DNA of 64,000 bases from Candidatus Heimdallarchaeota archaeon (lineage in GTDB: Archaea > Asgardarchaeota > Heimdallarchaeia > Hodarchaeales > Hodarchaeaceae). Within the stretch, counting starts at the first letter, position 1. The number at the start of each line of letters is the position of its first letter. The stretch lies in contig CP070695.1 of the NCBI GenBank assembly GCA_020353515.1, positions 2,770,155 through 2,834,154 on the forward strand. Reading direction: 5' to 3'. The translations under genes and the position numbers were made by a program. A model generated the notes under the pieces. That model did no database searches. It was not told where the DNA came from and worked only from the letters and a program-made list of their open reading frames with translations. This document shows positions 33,292 to 43,525 of the stretch, piece by piece.

Positions 33292-33681
33292 TGGTTATAC
33301 TTCCAAGTTGCTGAATGTTGTTAAATCATTTCCTTAACTGTTAATATTCTCTATTATATAAACTTAGATTATTTCCTTTATTGAGAACTAGCTTATTTTC
33401 AACAAAAATCGCTGTTTTCATAAAAAGTAAAAGATTTTCTTAGGATATTAAAGTGAATGTAAATTCATTTCAATACAACAATCAAATTTCTGATCTTAGT
33501 AAATCATTCTCTTGATTAATTCATTTGAGTATATAAGAAACATTCAGATCTTTTTCCCTAGCCCTATTCAAACCCTCAAGAGAACTGAGTAATTTTGACT
33601 CACTTTTTGGAGAAGAATATGAAGGATTATATCTGTTTTCAAATCAAGGATCCTGATATATATATAAAGAAAAGAGAATAG

Positions 33682-33993
33682 TTATCCAAACAAAGAGGAT
33701 AAACCAAGATCATCACCCTCTTCTTCTTTCTCTTCTTCTACTTCCTCAGTTTTCCCTTCTTTAACATCTTTGGAAGGTTCAGCTGTACCTGAAACTCCTG
33801 GTACTGCAGCTGTAACTAAAGAAGCCCCTTTGATTGCTTCATCAATGTCTATTGATGTTAATGTCGAGACAAGGCCTTTAATTTTAGATTCATCTGGTTT
33901 TCCACCAGCGGCTTTGATGATTGCATCAATTCCCTTTTCTGTTATTTTTTTGCCTGATGCGTGTAGAACTAAAGCAGCATGTAGATATTGCAA
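33682..33993 (-). CDS. rpl12: Ribosomal stalk protein P1/L12
   Basis: MQYLHAALVLH, acidic tail ending GLSSLFG. Confidence 0.96.
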   Translation of the reverse strand: MQYLHAALVLHASGKKITEKGIDAIIKAAGGKPDESKIKGLVSTLTSIDIDEAIKGASLVTAAVPGVSGTAEPSKDVKEGKTEEVEEEKEEEGDDLGLSSLFG

Positions 33994-34313
33994 TTGTATT
34001 CACATCCTCATAATAATCAAGTATTATTCCTTTTTAAGGTTCATAGTGAGTCCTAACAGCACTGATAAATATTTTTGTTTTATTCACACTTCATAGTGTT
34101 ACTTAGAACTCTCTTACTTCTATTTTTAGCATTTTTCACCAAAGGTTTATCTGTGTAATGGAAAGAATTCTAGTTGTCTTGCAAAGAAAACTGATTTAAT
34201 CTTTTTCCCAAAAAAACGGGGTGTCTATGTCATCCAAAAACCCAAACTAATGGAAAGTTTCATACAATCTTGTAAATTATTCCTGTTAAAAGAGGTTTTA
34301 AGAGATGAAAAAT

Positions 34314-34512
34314 TGGGGACGGCCGGATTTGAACCGGCGATCTTCGGACACCATGCAACTAGCATTGGTGACACCGAGTTTCCTCATTTTTCCAGAACTT
34401 CATCATGAGTTTCAGTTAACCCAGTGGAGTTCACAGGGGGTTCTGGAGCCCGGCGCGATACTTGTCCGGTCCCGCTAGAAGCTAGCGGAACCACTAGCTT
34501 CGCTACGTCCCC
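34314..34512 (-). tRNA. tRNA-Trp(CCA) with three introns (D-loop ~18/19, 37/38, variable ~45/46)
   Basis: Acceptor GGGGACG/CGTCCCC; removing 34462-34493, 34380-34442 and 34342-34371 leaves a 74-nt cloverleaf with CCGGG-CTCCAGA-CTCGG. Confidence 0.9.
34380..34442 (-). ncRNA. Intron-encoded box C/D guide RNA for tRNA-Trp C34 and C39
   Basis: CTGA (34415-34412), ATGATGA (34406-34400), ATGA (34387-34384); guides CACTGGGTT and GTTCTGGA pair with the pre-tRNA, and the D+5 rule lands on C39 and C34. Confidence 0.8.
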
Positions 34513-34667
34513 AATGAATGCGAAGTTGAATCTTAGTCCTTAGTTGGAGGTAGAAGAAGTTCCTTTTTATAAATTTTCGGATTCGGCTTTTATTTGGTAA
34601 GGAACCTCAAGAATTATATCATAAACATAAGCAGTACATCCCTGATTTCAGCAAAAAGTAATTGACA

Positions 34668-35381
34668 TCATGGACAAGATATTTTTTGAAAGTCAATAAT
34701 GAGCTGGTGAGAGAGAGAATATAGAGACGGTGTTTTAAGGATCCATGAAAAAAAGTCAAAACAATATGGGGCTTCTGTTAAAACAGTCGAATCATGAGAT
34801 AAAACTACTTCCTTGGTTTGATTTTTTAAGCACCAATCGACAGATTTGTAGACATCACATGAACCTACTATCTTAAATTCTTGAAAAAATTTGGAAAATA
34901 ATTTCACATGTTCTTTACTAAAGCTTATTTGCTTATCAAAGTAAAAATGAAGATTTCCTGGCTTTAATTTTAATAATAACTTGAAATAAGGGATTAAGAG
35001 TTTACGATCGATTTGTAAATCTTTTTTCGCATGTAGTGAAGAAAAAATATCTCTTAAAACACCATCACGACATATTATAACTGGATCCCTGTTATTAAGA
35101 GAGTAAAACGTTGTAAGTTGATTGTAAGCGTCAATATGAAAGGTTGTTCCCTTTAGTGAACCAGAATCTCTTAATAAATTATTCTGGATTATGTGGACAA
35201 TATCTAATGGGAGAACAGCACGGTTTAAGATATTTCGTAGGTTTTTATCAAGAGTATAGTGGTTTGCAACGAACATAAGAGCACTTTTCTTAGGAAAACC
35301 TCGATCTAGCAAGTAGAGTAAATCACAGTAGGCTTGATTTAGTGAAGACTCATCTTGAGAGGAGGAGTCAAAAAGAAACAC
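34668..35381 (-). CDS. DUF434 domain protein
   Basis: DLLYLLDRGFPKKSALMFVANHYTL, IDAYNQL, CRDGVLRD. Confidence 0.85.
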   Translation of the reverse strand: MFLFDSSSQDESSLNQAYCDLLYLLDRGFPKKSALMFVANHYTLDKNLRNILNRAVLPLDIVHIIQNNLLRDSGSLKGTTFHIDAYNQLTTFYSLNNRDPVIICRDGVLRDIFSSLHAKKDLQIDRKLLIPYFKLLLKLKPGNLHFYFDKQISFSKEHVKLFSKFFQEFKIVGSCDVYKSVDWCLKNQTKEVVLSHDSTVLTEAPYCFDFFSWILKTPSLYSLSHQLIIDFQKISCP

Positions 35382-35969
35382 TTAATCCACCAAAATGCAT
35401 TTATTTAGATATTTGATTAATTTCTGAGTAGCAAGAAATCGATGTGAAAGGGCATTTTTCTTAAGGCCCAGTTCACCATATGTTAAGGTCCCGTCACAAT
35501 CGGGAATGAATATAGGGTCATATCCCCATCCTAAATCAGAAATTTCAAGAGATATCTGGCCTTGTACTCGTTCTGTGAAAACCTTAATTTCATTCTCGTT
35601 TTTTACTGCAATACTAGACTGAAAATAAGCTTCTCGCTTTTTAAACATCTTCATTAGAGTTAAAATCCCCTTTAAACCAAGCGTTCTGAAAATATAAGCT
35701 GAGTATGGGCCTGGAAATCCATTCAATTGCTTAATAAAAAGACCTGAATCCTCCACAAAGATGAGTTTCTCTTTTAGTTTTTTTGCACACTTCTTTAAAG
35801 AAAAAATAGCTATCTCTTCTAAATCAGATGATTGGATTTCCACCAAGTTGGCTTGTAGTAATCTTAATTGAATTGATGTATACTGCTTAAATATTGAATA
35901 AATCTCATCATATTTATGTAAATTACTTGTAACAAGGAATATTTCTGGTTTTTTAGTCGTTTGATTCAT
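35382..35969 (-). CDS. rdgB: Non-canonical purine NTP pyrophosphatase (RdgB/HAM1)
   Basis: TSNLHKYDE, EDSGLFI..LNGFPGPYS, GWGYDPIF, KNALSHR. Confidence 0.95.
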   Translation of the reverse strand: MNQTTKKPEIFLVTSNLHKYDEIYSIFKQYTSIQLRLLQANLVEIQSSDLEEIAIFSLKKCAKKLKEKLIFVEDSGLFIKQLNGFPGPYSAYIFRTLGLKGILTLMKMFKKREAYFQSSIAVKNENEIKVFTERVQGQISLEISDLGWGYDPIFIPDCDGTLTYGELGLKKNALSHRFLATQKLIKYLNKCILVD

Positions 35970-36107
35970 AAATAATTGTGATTATGACTGATGAAATAAG
36001 ATTTATGAATCATTCAAATTCTCCGTTAAATGATTGCTATTAGAAGTTAAACCTTTTAGTACTTTGTAAAGTAGGCTTATGAGTCATTACTTATGGTGAA
36101 GTTATAA

Positions 36108-36566
36108 ATGGCAAGGATGCACGCAAGACGAAAAGGGAAAAGCGGATCTACCAGACCAATATGGAGGAAGACCCCAGAATGGGTTCCCTATTCATCAGAG
36201 GAAATTGAAAACCTAGTAATAGAAAAAGCTAAAGAGGGATTGGGTTCTGCTCAGATAGGATTGATTCTCAGGGATTCCTATGCTATCCCAAGTGTCAAGA
36301 AAATCACTGGAAAATCAGTCACAAAAGTCATGAATGAAAATGATTTAGGGCCAAAAATGCCAGAGGACTTTCTAAATCTTGTCCGGCGTGCGTGGAACCT
36401 ACGTAAACACCTTGAAAGTGGAAATAAGAAAGATAAGCACTCACGACGCGGACTTCAACTTATAGAGTCGAAGATAAGACGACTAGTAAAATATTACAGG
36501 AAAAAAGGTATATTTGAACCTGACTTCAAGTATGAGCCGTCTAATGCAACACTTTACTTAAGATAG
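36108..36566 (+). CDS. rps15: 30S ribosomal protein S15 (uS15/S13e)
   Basis: [34 protein letters not shown]. Confidence 0.98.
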   Translation: MARMHARRKGKSGSTRPIWRKTPEWVPYSSEEIENLVIEKAKEGLGSAQIGLILRDSYAIPSVKKITGKSVTKVMNENDLGPKMPEDFLNLVRRAWNLRKHLESGNKKDKHSRRGLQLIESKIRRLVKYYRKKGIFEPDFKYEPSNATLYLR

Positions 36567-36703
36567 TTAATTTCCGTCTTTTGAAATGTTAGAATATCAT
36601 AATCACAGCTAGTTAATACTAAACAATGTGCAGTAGATACGGAAAACAGACATTAAAGAGCAGAAACTACAAATAATCTAAAAAAAGGATCGAAGGTTCT
36701 CCC

Positions 36704-37609
36704 TTGTCAGAACAGGATATCGAATCACTTCTTCTAAAGATCTCTAATATGGAGGCTTCAGCTCGAGATATCAAACAACAAAGGGAAGGATTTAATCGGA
36801 AAGTCACCTCAATAGCTAATAAGCGAAATCTATTGAACGAACAGGTGAAAGAACTAATTAAAACTGCAAAAGAAGAACGTGAAAAGCGGGACAATTGCAA
36901 TGGAACAATTTCAAAAATAAAAGAAAAAAAACTACTACTACTAAAAGAAGTTGAAGGATTTGAGGAGCAAGCTAAGAGATTAGATCGTCAATTAAATGGG
37001 ATCCAAGAGAAAAAAGACCAACCAAAACGTCGGTCGGAACTTTCAGCTAGGAAAATTCGTCACAACATCCAAGAATTAGAATGGAAAATCCAGACAACCT
37101 CTAATCTTTCAATTGCAGAAGAAAGAGATATTGTTGAAAAAATTGCTAGACTTGAACAAAAATTTCGTGAGGTTCATGAAACTGATGTAGTTGCGCGTGA
37201 TCTTAAAACAATCCTAAGTCGAATTAATGTGCTAAAAGCCCGATATAGAGGACTAGAAAATGAACTACGTTCACAAGCACGTGAAAGCAGATTTCACCAT
37301 AAAACAATGATTCAAGCTTTTAAAAATGCTGATATCTTACGGAAACAAGCAGATGAACTACATGCACAATTTCTAGAATCAAAAGAACAAGCAAATGCAA
37401 TTCATAACGAATACTTGAGTTATATTCGGGAGATAAGTCATCTTCGTCAAGAAATCAATAAAAATAAGCAGAAATTTCGTGCGCAACAGGATGCTCAACG
37501 TCGAGAAAAGATCGAGGAAAAAACCGAAGATGCCAGGAAAAAATTTGAAGAAGGTCGAAAGTTATCCTTTGAGGAGTTTCGCGCATTAATTGACAAAGGA
37601 CTAATTTAA
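36704..37609 (+). CDS. Archaeal coiled-coil protein (COG1340-like)
   Basis: Long heptad-rich helix; LEWKIQT..LS..EER and C-terminal GRKLSFEEF. Confidence 0.8.
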   Translation: MSEQDIESLLLKISNMEASARDIKQQREGFNRKVTSIANKRNLLNEQVKELIKTAKEEREKRDNCNGTISKIKEKKLLLLKEVEGFEEQAKRLDRQLNGIQEKKDQPKRRSELSARKIRHNIQELEWKIQTTSNLSIAEERDIVEKIARLEQKFREVHETDVVARDLKTILSRINVLKARYRGLENELRSQARESRFHHKTMIQAFKNADILRKQADELHAQFLESKEQANAIHNEYLSYIREISHLRQEINKNKQKFRAQQDAQRREKIEEKTEDARKKFEEGRKLSFEEFRALIDKGLI

Positions 37610-37692
37610 ATCCGCCTTACATATTTTTATAAAGTATAAGGGATTCTATTAAGGCAATCAAGGGATCCAGTGCTTTATTAACAGAAAAATAA

Positions 37693-39099
37693 TTGACAAC
37701 GGAGACAAATGTCTTGACGAATGAGGCCTCATTTTTTGAGGCATGTCAAATTGTTGCTGAAGATATTCAAAAGGTCAATAATAACTCCCCTATCTACATT
37801 TTTTCCCATCTCGATGCAGATGGACTGACAGCAGCTTCAATACTAGCCGCAACAATCTCGCGGGTTGATTTAAGCTATCATATTCGCATCCTTGATCGTT
37901 TAGAGTATGAAACTTTAAATAGTCTCAAGGATACCTTACCTCAGGGCAGTACAGTCATTTTCTCAGATATAGGAACAGGGGTCGTTGATGCGTTTCAAAA
38001 ATGGGATCAATCTCAAGAAATTTTTATCATAGATCATCATTTCCCAGCATCAAAAACTGAGGTTTCAAGAAATGTTCATCATCTCAATTCTCATTTTTAT
38101 TCCATTGATGGCACAACAGACTTAAGTGGGGCAGGAGTTGCTTATTATGTCTCAATCCAGATGGACAAATTGAACAGGAATTTAGCTCCATTAGCCATTA
38201 TTGGAGCGCTTGGAGATCGTCAGGATCAGGGGAACCAATCATCTTTAATAGGACTAAATAAACTTATTGTAGAAGATGCAAAAAAGTTAAAACTGATTTC
38301 TGATGCTGTTTCTGTGTGGTTCTTTGATAGAACTCGTTCTGTTATCTCAATATTGAGAAACGCTGATTTTTTGCCTTTTGATAATGAACTTGAGATAAGA
38401 GCTTTCTTGGAAGGAGTGAATATATTGTATAAGAAGGGGGATAAGTTAAGACCATTTTATGACTTAAATGAAGAGGAATGCCGCCGTTTAGCTTCAGAAC
38501 TAATTGTACAATATGGTGTTGACCCCAATGAGATTTATAAAAGAGATTACCAACTTAATCAAGAAAAAGTGAATTTTTTAAAAGATGCAAGAGTTTTTGC
38601 CTCTAATCTGAATGCTTGTGGGAGAATACAACAACCTGATGTAGGGATTTCATTATGTTTAGGTGATCGTCAAACTGCTTTACGTAATCTTCAATTGATA
38701 AGAAAGGAGTACTCAAAACAAATTGCTGAAAATATTAGATGGGCAAGTGATAATTTGCAGGAATTAGAAGCTATTCGTCTCTTAGATGGACGAAAAACAA
38801 TAAATGACAGAATGATTGGTACAATTATTTCTATGTTAAGTTCTAAGAGAGATCAAAATCCCAAACCATTGTTAGGATACACACAAACTACTTCAGGAAA
38901 AATCAAAATAAGTATGAGATTGTCTCGTTTCCAAGACATACAAATAGATCTTGGTCACTTATTAACTCAAGTTATGCAGAAAGTTGAACCACAGTCTGAA
39001 GTTGGAGGCCATGCTGCTGCTGCAGGAGCTATAATTTCTGAACGTTTTTTAACCGATTTTATAACCCAGGTTAACCAATTAATTCTAGAGGCTATGTGA
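37693..39099 (+). CDS. DHH phosphoesterase, RecJ/GAN/Cdc45-like
   Basis: SHLDADG, FSDIG, IIDHH, GALGDRQD, LNACGR, GGHAAAAG. Confidence 0.93.
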   Translation: MTTETNVLTNEASFFEACQIVAEDIQKVNNNSPIYIFSHLDADGLTAASILAATISRVDLSYHIRILDRLEYETLNSLKDTLPQGSTVIFSDIGTGVVDAFQKWDQSQEIFIIDHHFPASKTEVSRNVHHLNSHFYSIDGTTDLSGAGVAYYVSIQMDKLNRNLAPLAIIGALGDRQDQGNQSSLIGLNKLIVEDAKKLKLISDAVSVWFFDRTRSVISILRNADFLPFDNELEIRAFLEGVNILYKKGDKLRPFYDLNEEECRRLASELIVQYGVDPNEIYKRDYQLNQEKVNFLKDARVFASNLNACGRIQQPDVGISLCLGDRQTALRNLQLIRKEYSKQIAENIRWASDNLQELEAIRLLDGRKTINDRMIGTIISMLSSKRDQNPKPLLGYTQTTSGKIKISMRLSRFQDIQIDLGHLLTQVMQKVEPQSEVGGHAAAAGAIISERFLTDFITQVNQLILEAM

Positions 39100-39102
39100 A
39101 AG

Positions 39103-39366
39103 GTGCCCATTAGAGATATAAAAGTGATTTTAAAGATAGAAACCGAATCCAATGAGCGAGCCGAGCTTATTCACAAATCTATTGATCCAGATAATCTTAC
39201 GGAGCCACCAATGACATTCTACTCAATATATACTTCTAATAGTCTAGAATACAGAATTAACAATGTATTAAGAGTAGAAACCGTGTTAGCTACATTGATA
39301 GATTTATTATCCGCATTCCAGACCATAGAGAACGCTTTAAATGCCTTTACTTCAGAAATAGGATAA
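39103..39366 (+). CDS. pcc1: KEOPS complex subunit Pcc1
   Basis: AELIHKSIDPDN, TVLATLIDLL; conserved position after the DHH gene. Confidence 0.8.
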   Translation: MPIRDIKVILKIETESNERAELIHKSIDPDNLTEPPMTFYSIYTSNSLEYRINNVLRVETVLATLIDLLSAFQTIENALNAFTSEIG

Positions 39367-39406
39367 TAAGATGAATAACAATCTTCAACTAATAATGATA
39401 ATCGAA

Positions 39407-40012
39407 TTAGCTAGCGATTGCTTTCAAAATTTTTGTTTTTTGAATTTCTACTCCTTTTAATGGATAGATCGATTTACATTGAAAGTAAACAAGTGATGAT
39501 AGTTTTCCTCCAGTTGCCTCACGAATGAATTCTTCACTATTGAGTTCAATTGCACGTTCTGCAACAACATCTAGCATTTTTCGTCTAATAGCATCCTTTT
39601 TACTTGTTTTTGAGCGAGTAGTGGTGAAACCTGTGACTGTAATTCTAAAAGGAACTCCATCTTTAGTCTTTACTGTGCTTACACTATCAATACGAGTTCG
39701 TCGCCGTCTAACAAGAAATCTCAGGTAATCTCTCGCAAAAGAATGTCCTTTAAACCGGGTGTGCGCTTTGTTACCAGCAACTTCAATGATCTGGAACTCT
39801 AATTTTACGTGCATCTTTGAGTAGTCATTGTTAATATCAGACAATGAAACCTCAATAACACGGCCAATTAATTTTTCAGGATCATCAGCAATAGTTTCTC
39901 CAATAATCTTTTCTTCCCCCCCTAGAAAGCTTGGTGGAGTATAAATTTGATATAATTGTTTAGCAGACCATTTATCTACCATTCTACGAGGTGATCTTGA
40001 TCGATGGCTCAA
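39407..40012 (-). CDS. rps3ae: 30S ribosomal protein S3Ae (eS1)
   Basis: DKWSAKQ.Y, LIGRVIEVSL, RDYLRFLVRRRRTRID, IYPLKGVEIQK. Confidence 0.97.
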   Translation of the reverse strand: MSHRSRSPRRMVDKWSAKQLYQIYTPPSFLGGEEKIIGETIADDPEKLIGRVIEVSLSDINNDYSKMHVKLEFQIIEVAGNKAHTRFKGHSFARDYLRFLVRRRRTRIDSVSTVKTKDGVPFRITVTGFTTTRSKTSKKDAIRRKMLDVVAERAIELNSEEFIREATGGKLSSLVYFQCKSIYPLKGVEIQKTKILKAIAS

Positions 40013-40098
40013 TCAACACTAGCTCCTTACTTTTCGCAGTCAGAAATATACAATAGGCCGAGATTAAGAGTAGTCTTTAAGAGTTCTGTTGGCCAAAT

Positions 40099-40233
40099 CT
40101 AAATTTCCATTTCCTCTTCAAATTCTTCCTCTTCTTCGTTATAGAATAGTAAATATGCTAATATCAAAAGAAGAGCCATAATAACCAATGCACTAGCGAT
40201 AAACTTTGCATAGTACCAATTTATAAGAGCCAA
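40099..40233 (-). CDS. Small single-TM protein with acidic tail (44 aa, below ORF-track cutoff)
   Basis: Manual translation MALINWYYAKFIASALVIMALLLILAYLLFYNEEEEEFEEEMEI*; TTG start with GTGGAG upstream. Confidence 0.6.
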   Translation of the reverse strand: MALINWYYAKFIASALVIMALLLILAYLLFYNEEEEEFEEEMEI

Positions 40234-40326
40234 AAATCAATCTCCACTGTTTATTTCATTAAATATTTTCATATAAGGCTTTTTTTACTTATTATTTATA
40301 TACTATATTCGTTAAAGAAAGGGAGT

Positions 40327-41811
40327 TCAAACAGGTTTATTCTTGATATGCCAATTTTTTTCATATTTTTCAGCCATGATCTCTAGGTTTGGTGAGGTCT
40401 CTCTGTTGTAAAAACTCCGAGAACGAATCTGAAAAAATGTAGGGTAGTTAATCCCTTCTCCTACTAAGAGTGCTTCCCCAACCTCCAAATCAGGAATTAT
40501 TTTGAGAGTAGAACGGTCGATCCCTTCAGAAATCCTTCCAATGAAGTCTTGGTCATACGGGTTTCTGATACGTAGAATCAAATTGGTATTACATTGAGAA
40601 ATCGCTGTTACCGAGAGATTTACTGGACGTTGAGATATTAAACATAAAGAGGCATAGAATTTTCTTCCCTCACGAGCAATAGTTTCAATTATCCGTTTAG
40701 AAATAGAACGAGAAGATTCAGGACAGAATTGATGAGCTTCTTCTACCACAAACAGTGATGGAGGAATGTTACCACGCATACGTAGGTTGTAAAGACATTT
40801 CAAGAAATGTAATACAACGATACTTCGACTTCGTTGATTTTGGATCTCAGATAAATCTAAAATGACAATTTTACCAGGATAAAAAAGCTCTGAGAGATTT
40901 GGACTAGATTCTGTGGAAAATAGATATGAGCGATGTAATGAATATAACCATCCAATCAAAGCCTCTCTTGTTCGTGTATTGATTGTGTCTGAAGTTTCAA
41001 TCTTTCGAATGAGATCTTGGATACCGTAAAGGTTTTTATTTTCTCTTCGTATTTCAGAAATGACATTATCTAAAACTCTAGTTTGCACAACGGAGATTTC
41101 TGGAATGAACTCAGAGATTTCCCATGCAGATAATTCTGGAACTCCAATCGATATGAAGGAACCTTTCACAACTTCGATCCTGGTATCATCTGCCATGGAA
41201 GGTACAATTTTGGAATATTCCCCATGAGGATCTATAACTAGAACAGCTAGCTTACCATGTTTATAAATTTCTTCTAATAGAATAGAAGCTGCATAAGATT
41301 TTCCAGCTCCAGAGATAGCTAGTATAGCAAGATGCTTACGTAGTAATCTAGAAAGATTAATTTGAATTTTCACATTGTTAGAAGCAAGGTCTCCCCAGTA
41401 GATCCCATTCTGATCAAGACCTAGAAATCTAGACACAACTGAAGAAGAAGCCACAAATATCTTTGTCCCTGGAGAAACCGGGTATTTTAATCGCTTAATA
41501 CTTCCACTTTCAAGATTGATTTCTCCGAGAGGTTTTACAACAGCTAAAGTGTTTTCCCATTCTTCTATCGGAAATATCGCGTCATAATTTCGTGATGCAA
41601 TCTCATGGATACTAGAATCTAATGTTTCATAGTAAGCATTATTTTTCTTAATCCCTGTAATTATGCCAATAACAATTTGTTTCTTGTTCTTCGGTATAGT
41701 AACAAATTGCCCTCTTTCAACTTGTAATTGATCATTCTTATCAAGAATCAATACAATATTATCTAAACTCGGTGAGTCTGCTGTAGCAACTACTGTTCCA
41801 ATTGCAGCCAT
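40327..41811 (-). CDS. herA: HerA bipolar DNA helicase
   Basis: N-terminal HAS barrel, HLAILAISGAGKS, IDPHGEY, VVEEAH, IAREGRKF..SQRP. Confidence 0.93.
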   Translation of the reverse strand: MAAIGTVVATADSPSLDNIVLILDKNDQLQVERGQFVTIPKNKKQIVIGIITGIKKNNAYYETLDSSIHEIASRNYDAIFPIEEWENTLAVVKPLGEINLESGSIKRLKYPVSPGTKIFVASSSVVSRFLGLDQNGIYWGDLASNNVKIQINLSRLLRKHLAILAISGAGKSYAASILLEEIYKHGKLAVLVIDPHGEYSKIVPSMADDTRIEVVKGSFISIGVPELSAWEISEFIPEISVVQTRVLDNVISEIRRENKNLYGIQDLIRKIETSDTINTRTREALIGWLYSLHRSYLFSTESSPNLSELFYPGKIVILDLSEIQNQRSRSIVVLHFLKCLYNLRMRGNIPPSLFVVEEAHQFCPESSRSISKRIIETIAREGRKFYASLCLISQRPVNLSVTAISQCNTNLILRIRNPYDQDFIGRISEGIDRSTLKIIPDLEVGEALLVGEGINYPTFFQIRSRSFYNRETSPNLEIMAEKYEKNWHIKNKPV

Positions 41812-41831
41812 GTTTCTTCACTTCTACCAGC

Positions 41832-42854
41832 TTAAAATTTCCAAGGAGCCCTTTCTCTCCGATATAGCCATAATTCAGGAGTTGGATGACGAACACGTAT
41901 CAACTGGAAGAGAGCTTCAATTTCTGTTTCTTTAATTTTTGCTCGTGCATCTGCTTCTACAATAGGAGCAGGTATTCCATAATTTTTATTATATTGTGAT
42001 ATAGGTAAAATTGCTCCTGAAATGTCATTAATTTCTTTTATGAGATCTGCTTGATCTCTATGGATAGATTGGAATAATTCAATTCTAAGAGGGATATCAA
42101 AAGGTGCAGTCTTCAGATAGGAAGCATACAAAGCAAATTCTTGACCAAACTCTTTCGATATCTCAAACGGCCGATAATATGCCATAGATCTATAGTTAGA
42201 TTTTAAAAGATAGTAAAAAAGATCCATATCTCGACTTCTATTAATAATTCTACGATAATCTAAAGAAAGAATATCAGGTAATTCTTCAGCAATAAAGGGT
42301 AATATTTGACCAAGGAATTTTGTAAATAAGTTTAATCGACTATCTTTTACAATCCACACCAATTTTATACCGTGTTTCTTTGCTTTAAAGATTAATCTTG
42401 AAAGTATAGATAAATAGGTCTGAAAGTAATTTAAAATTCGTTGATTATTGGTGAGAGGCTTTTTCAATACAGGACTTCCGTCTAGGAGTAAAATATCCGT
42501 TTTTTTGTCATTTTGCTCAAGAATTTGAGACACGATCTGCAATTCAGTGATAGCTCGACGTATTGACCCCATGTTCTCAAAATCCAGAGAAGAAAGGCCC
42601 ACATCAGATATAGCTATCTCTAAGGGAGGAGTTTTACTCGGATAATAGGTTGTTTTTTGAATTCCTTCAGGGGAGTAAGTCAAAAATGCAGCGATTGCAC
42701 GAAAAACGAAGATATCAAAACCTATGAATAAACGTGAGGCATATCCACCATCAATCCCTCCAATAGTTAACCCCGAAATATCTTGAGGGGATATTTCTGT
42801 AAACATTTTTTTATCATGAGTCTTGGTAAGCAAATGTGGAGGTAATCCTAACAA
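41832..42854 (-). CDS. nurA: NurA nuclease (frame open further upstream)
   Basis: GIDGG, LLLDGS, IVKDS, YGIPAPIVEADARAKI; adjacent to herA. Confidence 0.92.
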   Translation of the reverse strand: MLGLPPHLLTKTHDKKMFTEISPQDISGLTIGGIDGGYASRLFIGFDIFVFRAIAAFLTYSPEGIQKTTYYPSKTPPLEIAISDVGLSSLDFENMGSIRRAITELQIVSQILEQNDKKTDILLLDGSPVLKKPLTNNQRILNYFQTYLSILSRLIFKAKKHGIKLVWIVKDSRLNLFTKFLGQILPFIAEELPDILSLDYRRIINRSRDMDLFYYLLKSNYRSMAYYRPFEISKEFGQEFALYASYLKTAPFDIPLRIELFQSIHRDQADLIKEINDISGAILPISQYNKNYGIPAPIVEADARAKIKETEIEALFQLIRVRHPTPELWLYRRERAPWKF

Positions 42855-43525
42855 ATCAGGATTTAAAGATCGTAAAAGTTCACAAAAAATAATCTTTTGA
42901 GCATTTAACTCTATTATACCTTTTAAGTAGTCATTAATTTCATTAAATGCACTTTCAATGACAGAACGAATATAATATACTCTCCTAAATTTTACAGTTT
43001 TGATTAATTATATGGGTAAGCGAATTTTACTTGTGAATTCAAAGATTCAAGTACTATATCTATCATCATTAAATAAGGTGCTAAATATTTGTACATCCTG
43101 AATTTAAAACACCTATAAATAATTCAAAAAATCGGTTTTTTCAAGTCATTTTTTCTGGTAATGTATGTATATCAAAACTTAATGTTGAGCTTAGGACTAT
43201 TCACAACTTATCTAGTATTAACAAGCCTAGGATCTAATGAACTTCAGTCAATATCCCGAATGTATTGGTAGTTCTCCAAACTGTAACCCTCCTGTTGTTA
43301 GAAAGACTGATAGCTTTAAGCTAATGATATCAATCAGTGGTAATTGACTTAAATAGAGTCTCAACAGTCGCTTCTTCGGGGTTCTGGTTGATCTCTATTA
43401 ACAGACTACCCGTCAAATGATGTAAACAGAAAACAAAGGATCGTAAAAACTTAGGAACTCATCAATGATTATCATATTGAAGTTGTACTCAGATATTCCA
43501 CGTTTGAAAGAAGGACGAAAGAAAA

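Noticed and set aside
43360-43392. Minus-strand CCAGAACCCCGAAGAAGCG as SRP RNA helix 8
   Set aside because: Lacks the CAGG/GNRA/AGCA consensus and the GC-rich long helices of archaeal SRP RNA.
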